Below, one piece after another: positions 58,650 to 64,000 of a stretch of DNA of 64,000 nt. Source of the stretch: Candidatus Latescibacterota bacterium (GTDB lineage Bacteria; Latescibacterota; UBA2968; GCA-2709665); the NCBI GenBank assembly GCA_963667175.2, contig CAXXXF010000006.1:224001-288000 (forward strand), in the 5' to 3' direction. The notes beneath the pieces were generated by a model that did not search any database, had not been told where the DNA came from, and worked only from the letters and a program-made list of their open reading frames with translations. Numbering within the stretch: position 1 is the stretch's first letter; each line of letters starts with the position of its first letter. A program made the position numbers and the translations under genes.

Positions 58650-60095
58650 TCACAGCAGCAGCCCCTTCCGCACCCGGTCCGCCTCCGGGTACCGTTCGGC
58701 CAATGCCGCCACGTCGCTCACGAATCCCGCGGCCTGTTCCTCCGCCTGCCCCACGAAGCGACCGCTCTCACCCAGTATCTCCTCGATCTCCCGGGCCGAG
58801 AGCGGGACCCGGCTGTCATCTCCCAGCCGCTGTGCCAGGTCGTTTTTCTCCCGACCCTCTTCGCGCATTTCCAGCGCCACGGCCACCGCGTGCTCCTTCA
58901 GCGCGTCGTGGACCCGTTCCCGACCTGCGCCCCGCTGGACGGAAGCCATCAGCAACGTGGTCGTGGCCAGGAACGGCATATACCGGGTCAGCTCATTCCG
59001 AATGACCGCCTCGTGTACGCCCATTTCGTCGAGCACGTGAAGCGCGGTCTCGAGCATGCCGTCAAACGCGAAAATGGCGTCGGGCAACGCCACCCGTCGC
59101 ACGACCGAGCAGGACACGTCGCCCTCGAACCACTGGTCGCCGACGAGCCCGCCGGCCATGTGGACGTAACCGCCCAGCAGCACCTGAAACCCGTTGATCC
59201 GCTCGGCGCTGCGCGTATTCATCTTGTGAGGCATGGCGGACGAACCCACCTGGCCCTTCGCGAATCCCTCGGTCGCAACCTCGGCGCCAGCCATCAATCT
59301 CAACGTGCGCGACAGATTTGCGATGCCCCCGCCCATCTGGTAGAGGCAACTGATCGCCTCAAAGTCCAGACCCCGGGGATAAACCTGTCCGACCGCGTTC
59401 AACTCGCGGCCGAACCCCAGATACGCCCGGACCTCCTCCTGGAGGGCCTTCAGCTTCTCATGGTCGCCGTGCACGAGCGTCAGCTGGTCCAGCGACGTCC
59501 CCACCGCGCCTTTCAACCCCCGAAGCGGATAATTTTCCACGAGATGCTCGAATCGCCGGAACGCGTGCAGCATGTCCTCGCCGAACATGGCGAATCGCTT
59601 TCCCACCGTTGTCGGCTGCGCCGCCGCATGGTGGGTGCGGCCGACAATGGGCATCGCCTTCCATTCCTGCACCCGCCGGCTCAGGCGCGACAGTATCGCC
59701 ACGTACTTGCCCGCCAGGTACCGTAATGAGCGCAGCATCTGAAACTGCTCCACGTTGTCCGTCAGATCCCGGCTGGTCATGCCCTTGTGGACGTGTTCGT
59801 ACCCGGCCAGTTCACAGAATTCCTCGATGCGCGCCTTGACGTCGTGCCGCGTCCGGGCTTCCCGGCGTTGTATCGAGGCCAGATCCACCTGGTCCACAAC
59901 CCCCTCATAGGCGCGAATCGCCTCCTCCGGCACGTCCAGTCCCAGTTTTCGCTGGGCTCGCATCACCGCGATCCAGAACCGCCGCTCCAGCGCGATTCGA
60001 CCCTCTTCGGACCAGATCCCTCTGATTTCCGAACTCGCGTACCGCGCGGCCAGGACGTTGGGTATATTTTCCGGCGTGTTCCTGTCCGTCTTCAT
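58650..60095 (-). CDS. purB: adenylosuccinate lyase
   Basis: TRHDVKA, H.GMTS.D, GRTH...AQPTT.GKR, GSSAMPHKMN. Confidence 0.94.
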   Translation of the reverse strand: MKTDRNTPENIPNVLAARYASSEIRGIWSEEGRIALERRFWIAVMRAQRKLGLDVPEEAIRAYEGVVDQVDLASIQRREARTRHDVKARIEEFCELAGYEHVHKGMTSRDLTDNVEQFQMLRSLRYLAGKYVAILSRLSRRVQEWKAMPIVGRTHHAAAQPTTVGKRFAMFGEDMLHAFRRFEHLVENYPLRGLKGAVGTSLDQLTLVHGDHEKLKALQEEVRAYLGFGRELNAVGQVYPRGLDFEAISCLYQMGGGIANLSRTLRLMAGAEVATEGFAKGQVGSSAMPHKMNTRSAERINGFQVLLGGYVHMAGGLVGDQWFEGDVSCSVVRRVALPDAIFAFDGMLETALHVLDEMGVHEAVIRNELTRYMPFLATTTLLMASVQRGAGRERVHDALKEHAVAVALEMREEGREKNDLAQRLGDDSRVPLSAREIEEILGESGRFVGQAEEQAAGFVSDVAALAERYPEADRVRKGLLL

Positions 60096-60114
60096 TTCCC
60101 GCGATCCCCCGCTG

Positions 60115-61167
60115 TCACTCGATTGCTGCGGCGCCAACCGGATACGCCGGCGCCAACGCCATCATCTCCTCCGCATACGCGAACAGCGCCGGCGTGCCGC
60201 CGGTATGCACAAAAACCACCGTCTGTTCCGGCCCCCACCGGCCCTCGCGTATATGCCGGACCATCGCCCCGAAGGCCTTGCCGGTATACACAGGATCCAG
60301 GATCAGCGCCTCGGTGCGCGCGGCGAGTACAACCGCCTCCCGGCTCGCCTCGGTCAATGTTCCGTATGCCTCCCCCGCAAAGGCCCCGTACGTTTCGAAG
60401 TCGTCTCCGGCAAAGGACAGGTCCAGGGAGAGCATCCCGGCCACCGCGTTTGCAACCCGGGCCAGGTTGGCCGCGTCTTCTTCGTCATCCTGGGGGCTCG
60501 GACTGATCCCCACGACACGGACCGGGTCTCCCAGCGCCCGTGCGCCCACGACCAGCCCCACGTGGGTATGCACCCCGGAGCACACGTAGAGGCCGTCCGG
60601 GCGGATGTCACGTTCCTGCAGCTGTTCCCACAGTTCCAGAAAACCGTCCACGTAGGAAACGCTTCGCAGGTAATACCCGTCCGTGCTGGTATTGTAGACC
60701 CTGAGACCGTCCGCCTCCAGGCGGTCGATGACCCGCTCTTTCTCATCGGGACCGTCTACGAGGTGTACCTCGGCGCCGAACAGGTGATCCAGGAGCAGGT
60801 TCCCGTTTACGGGACGGGAATGCGCGTCATTCCGTCCGACCATGACGGCTTTGAGCCCGAATCGCGCCGCCATCGCCGCAGTAAGACGGGACTGATTCGA
60901 CTGAGACGCCGCCCCGTGCAACAAAACGTCGTAATTCTCCCGGATCGCCGGCGCCACGGAGTATTCGAACTCCCGCACCTTATTGCCGCCGAAGGCCATG
61001 CCGGTCTGGTCCTCCCGCTTGACCCAGACGCGGGGACCTCCCAGCTTCTCCGAGAGCCTGGGACATTCCAGGAGCGGTGTGGGAAGGTCCGCCAGGGACA
61101 GACGGGGAAAACGCGCCAGGCGCTCCCTTAATGCTTCGACCGTAATCACAGGTTTCACCACCGCCAT
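60115..61167 (-). CDS. D-cysteine desulfhydrase / cysteate sulfo-lyase family PLP enzyme
   Basis: PTPL, KRED...GGNKVR, QSNQ, LDPVYTGKA, FVHTGG. Confidence 0.85.
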   Translation of the reverse strand: MAVVKPVITVEALRERLARFPRLSLADLPTPLLECPRLSEKLGGPRVWVKREDQTGMAFGGNKVREFEYSVAPAIRENYDVLLHGAASQSNQSRLTAAMAARFGLKAVMVGRNDAHSRPVNGNLLLDHLFGAEVHLVDGPDEKERVIDRLEADGLRVYNTSTDGYYLRSVSYVDGFLELWEQLQERDIRPDGLYVCSGVHTHVGLVVGARALGDPVRVVGISPSPQDDEEDAANLARVANAVAGMLSLDLSFAGDDFETYGAFAGEAYGTLTEASREAVVLAARTEALILDPVYTGKAFGAMVRHIREGRWGPEQTVVFVHTGGTPALFAYAEEMMALAPAYPVGAAAIE

Positions 61168-61281
61168 TCGAGCACCTTTCCTTCACGTGGTGGATTCCCT
61201 CATCCATACGACGTTGCCACTCTACAAGAAATATAGTTTTCCGGAACTTCAGATGCAAAGACTATCCCCGAGCGGCCACGC

Positions 61282-61311
61282 AAAACCCCCGCCGGCGAAG
61301 TGCCGGCGGGG
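61282..61311 (-). terminator. intrinsic terminator after arsC
   Basis: CCCCGCCGGC stem followed by GTTTT on minus strand. Confidence 0.6.
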
Positions 61312-61352
61312 CCGAATACCAATGCCCGGGGCGCCGGTTCCACCGGCGCCCG

Positions 61353-61703
61353 TCAAAGAATCTCCAGCACGTTCTCGGGCGGGCGGCCCAGCCTTGCCCG
61401 GCCTTCACTGACGACGATCGGCCGCTCGATCAAGATGGGATATCTCGTCATCGCGCGGATCAGCGCCGTTCGATCGTCCGCCTTTTCTTCGAGGCGAAGC
61501 TCGCCGTATTCATCCTCCCCGGTTCGGACCAGATCCACCGGCCGGATACCCAGCATGTCCAGTATCCCGGAGAGCGTCTGCTCGTCCGGGGGCGTTTTCA
61601 GGTACTCGACGATTCTCGGCTCGACGCCGCGCTCCTTCAATAGTTTCAACGTCTGCCTGCTTTTGCTGCACGCGGGATTGTGGTAGATGACGACTTCGCT
61701 CAC
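61353..61703 (-). CDS. arsC: arsenate reductase (glutaredoxin-type ArsC family)
   Basis: YHNPACSKSR, YL..PP, LIERPIV, GRPPE. Confidence 0.88.
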   Translation of the reverse strand: MSEVVIYHNPACSKSRQTLKLLKERGVEPRIVEYLKTPPDEQTLSGILDMLGIRPVDLVRTGEDEYGELRLEEKADDRTALIRAMTRYPILIERPIVVSEGRARLGRPPENVLEIL

Positions 61704-61730
61704 GACAACCTCCTTCGTTTCACTGCCATT

Positions 61731-63434
61731 TCAGGGCATCACCGGCAAAATCACCCGGGACGGCCGGTTCGCATCGTGGAAAATCCGCTGATGCGCCGTT
61801 TGCAGGACCGTGTCGCGGTAATCGTCACCGCCGGTATTGTGGTTCCTGTCGAAATTCGGAAAATCGCTGCTGGAAACGTCCAGTCGAATGCGGTGGCCCT
61901 TCCTGAAGAGGTTGCTGGTGGGATTCACGCGAATCGCGTATTCGTAGACCCGGTCCGGTTCAATCAGGGTCGGGGCCTCGAAGGAACGCCGGTACCGCGC
62001 CCGCACGATTCCGTGACACAGCTCCTGGACGAATCCGTTGGGCCAGACGTCCATCAGCTTGGCAACGAAATCCGTATCCGGCGCCGAAGACGCCGCGAAC
62101 AGGCGCACCTCAACCGGTCCGGTCACCTCAACGGGCGCCGCCAGCGGCGGTGTCATATACACCATCACGTCGCGCCGGCCGTCCAGTGCCCGCTGGTCCA
62201 TGGGCGCGTGCTGCCCGCCCGGGGTGTAGAGGGTCATCAACGGGTCTCTCGGGTCGTAACCGTACGAGTCCGGTTCCTGGTTCCCGGGCGCCTCCCGGGA
62301 GAGCCATCCCGCGCCGGAAGGCAGGTCCGCGTGGCCCGAACTGTGCAGGTAGAACGTCGTATACACCGTTCGTTGCAGCGGCCATTCCCGCTCTCCGCGC
62401 CATTTGTTGGCCCCCATGACGAAGAGCTGCAGCGGGGGCCAGTCCGAGGCCTCGCTCCGTTGCCCTTTCAGCCAGCGCGAAAACCACGCGTCTGCAAATC
62501 CATAGAAGTCCCGCGCGGCATCAGGGCCGAAGTCCACCTCACCCACGCGGCGGTCCAGGTCCAGGAGCGTGTGGGTCCACGGGCCGACGATCATATGTTG
62601 ATTCTGCCGGGCGCGTGGACTCCCGCCGTTTTCCCGCATGCCCGTAAAATGCTTGAATATGCCGATCTGTTGATCATACCACCCCGCCGTACCCAGCACG
62701 GGGACATCCACGTTCGCATGTTTCTCCTGGAAACGGAAGTGATCCGCGGCATGGTCATTCAGCCACCGCTTCCAATGTTTGCCCATCCCCGGCATCACGT
62801 CCTCAGGGATATCCATCAGCGGCAGATACCAGAGCCATTTGCTCCGGTCCCGGTCCTGCCATCGCCGCGACGCGTCGTCTTTGGTTCTCTCCTTCCAGGG
62901 GTGACCGGTCCGCCGGGCCGTGTCTACCGACAGGTTGTTTATGGTCCAATCCATCACCCGTCCGAGGCGAAGCACGCCGCTTAACTCCCTGTCCAGAAGG
63001 TTCGCGGCAATCCCGCCCGCAAGCATGGCCACCAGATTGGGCGGACGCGTGTGCGCAAGTTCCCATTGTACCCACCCATCGTACGAGTTGCCGAACGTCC
63101 CCACCTTCCCGTCCGACCATGGCAATCCCGCCGCCCACGCCACCGTATCGTAACCGTCCTCCGAATCCCGATGGTCCGCACTGAAGAAACCGGGCTGAAA
63201 CTCGCCGTCCGATGCGTACCGTCCGCGAACGTCCTGGATGACCACGACGTATCCGCGTTCGGCCATCTTCGGGCCAATCTCAAGCTGCTTTTCCCCACCC
63301 TTGTCGTATGGCGTCCGGCAGAGCAATACCGGAAACTTGCCCTGTATATCGGGCCGGTAGACGTCCCCGCGCAGCACCGTACCGTCACGCATCAGCGCGT
63401 GGAGATCCTTTTCCTTCACCGTTGGATAGGCCAT
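61731..63434 (-). CDS. CocE/NonD family hydrolase (S15)
   Basis: MRDG..L, RTPY.K, QDVRGR..SDG, GNSYDG, GWYD, GPWTH, SS.FP.FDRN.NTG. Confidence 0.92.
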   Translation of the reverse strand: MAYPTVKEKDLHALMRDGTVLRGDVYRPDIQGKFPVLLCRTPYDKGGEKQLEIGPKMAERGYVVVIQDVRGRYASDGEFQPGFFSADHRDSEDGYDTVAWAAGLPWSDGKVGTFGNSYDGWVQWELAHTRPPNLVAMLAGGIAANLLDRELSGVLRLGRVMDWTINNLSVDTARRTGHPWKERTKDDASRRWQDRDRSKWLWYLPLMDIPEDVMPGMGKHWKRWLNDHAADHFRFQEKHANVDVPVLGTAGWYDQQIGIFKHFTGMRENGGSPRARQNQHMIVGPWTHTLLDLDRRVGEVDFGPDAARDFYGFADAWFSRWLKGQRSEASDWPPLQLFVMGANKWRGEREWPLQRTVYTTFYLHSSGHADLPSGAGWLSREAPGNQEPDSYGYDPRDPLMTLYTPGGQHAPMDQRALDGRRDVMVYMTPPLAAPVEVTGPVEVRLFAASSAPDTDFVAKLMDVWPNGFVQELCHGIVRARYRRSFEAPTLIEPDRVYEYAIRVNPTSNLFRKGHRIRLDVSSSDFPNFDRNHNTGGDDYRDTVLQTAHQRIFHDANRPSRVILPVMP

Positions 63435-63517
63435 TCGCGCCTTTCCGTTACCCCTCTTTTCGATCCGCGGCCGAGAAAGACCAGCGCGGAAGTTGCGCGC
63501 TCCTTACGCGACGGCAT

Positions 63518-64000
63518 TCAGGCGAACTCCCAGACCAGCACGGTGGTATCCGCGGATCCGGACAGGATATAACGTCCGTCCCGCCCCGCAGCCAGCGCGT
63601 GGACGGCCCCCTCGTGCCCTGTAAACTCGGCCACAGGCGCCTCGGATCCCGGTTCCCATACGATTACCCTGCCATCCTGCCCGGCAGAACAGAACGACCG
63701 CCCGTCGGGCAGCAGCAGGACGTCTTCCGCGCCGCCGTCGTGCTCGTACGAACACACCTCCCGCCCTTCCCGCAGGTCCCACTCAACCACCCATCCATCT
63801 CTGCCAGCGGACGTCACCGTGCCACTCTGCGCACAGGCCACGGCCTGCACCCAGCCCCGGTGCGCGGCCGCCGTTGCCTTCATCTCGCCGGTCGCCCTAT
63901 CCCAGACCCTCACCGTGCCATCGCGTCCACCGCTCACGACGTCTCGGCCGTCCGGTGAGACGGACAGCGCCAGCACGCCGCCCAGATGCCCTTCCAGGGT
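63518..64000 (-). CDS. WD40 repeat protein (C-terminal part, start beyond window)
   Basis: GH...V.A.....DG....SG..D.TV.VW repeats. Confidence 0.88.
   Translation of the reverse strand, partial: TLEGHLGGVLALSVSPDGRDVVSGGRDGTVRVWDRATGEMKATAAAHRGWVQAVACAQSGTVTSAGRDGWVVEWDLREGREVCSYEHDGGAEDVLLLPDGRSFCSAGQDGRVIVWEPGSEAPVAEFTGHEGAVHALAAGRDGRYILSGSADTTVLVWEFA

Noticed and set aside
60115-61167. ACC deaminase call
   Set aside because: Has DPVYTGK and HTGG rather than the Glu/Leu residues (DPVYEGK, HLGG) diagnostic of true ACC deaminases.
61353-61703. Arsenic resistance island or Sec-containing ArsC
   Set aside because: The active site is a normal Cys codon, and no arsR/arsB/acr3 is nearby.

Overview
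GC-rich bacterial chromosomal window with no prophage, intact transposase, CRISPR array or rRNA visible. A GWxTD protein, a dockerin/EF-hand-like C-terminal tag and many catabolic enzymes suggest a Latescibacterota/Gemmatimonadota-like organism; this is an inference. Housekeeping blocks: rpsA-plsC-cmk-scpBA, gcvH-accCB-efp, bioB-mnmG-smpB-rdgB, korAB, selA-selB-tRNA-Sec, galU, mazG, purB. They alternate with two accessory catabolic clusters (19-28 kb and 50-58 kb). The most unusual features are: (i) a ~940-nt gene-free region behind a near-consensus sigma70 promoter, carrying three fixed-spacing copies of a ~45-nt motif headed by an extended Shine-Dalgarno sequence with no start codon; (ii) a 2-oxoacid:ferredoxin oxidoreductase operon with a stand-alone CBS protein and a KorB-CBS fusion; (iii) two sulfatase-fold enzymes with Thr in place of the Cys/Ser nucleophile; (iv) a two-copy MITE-like element and several C-terminal gene remnants. 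All product calls come from motif recognition by eye, not database searches.
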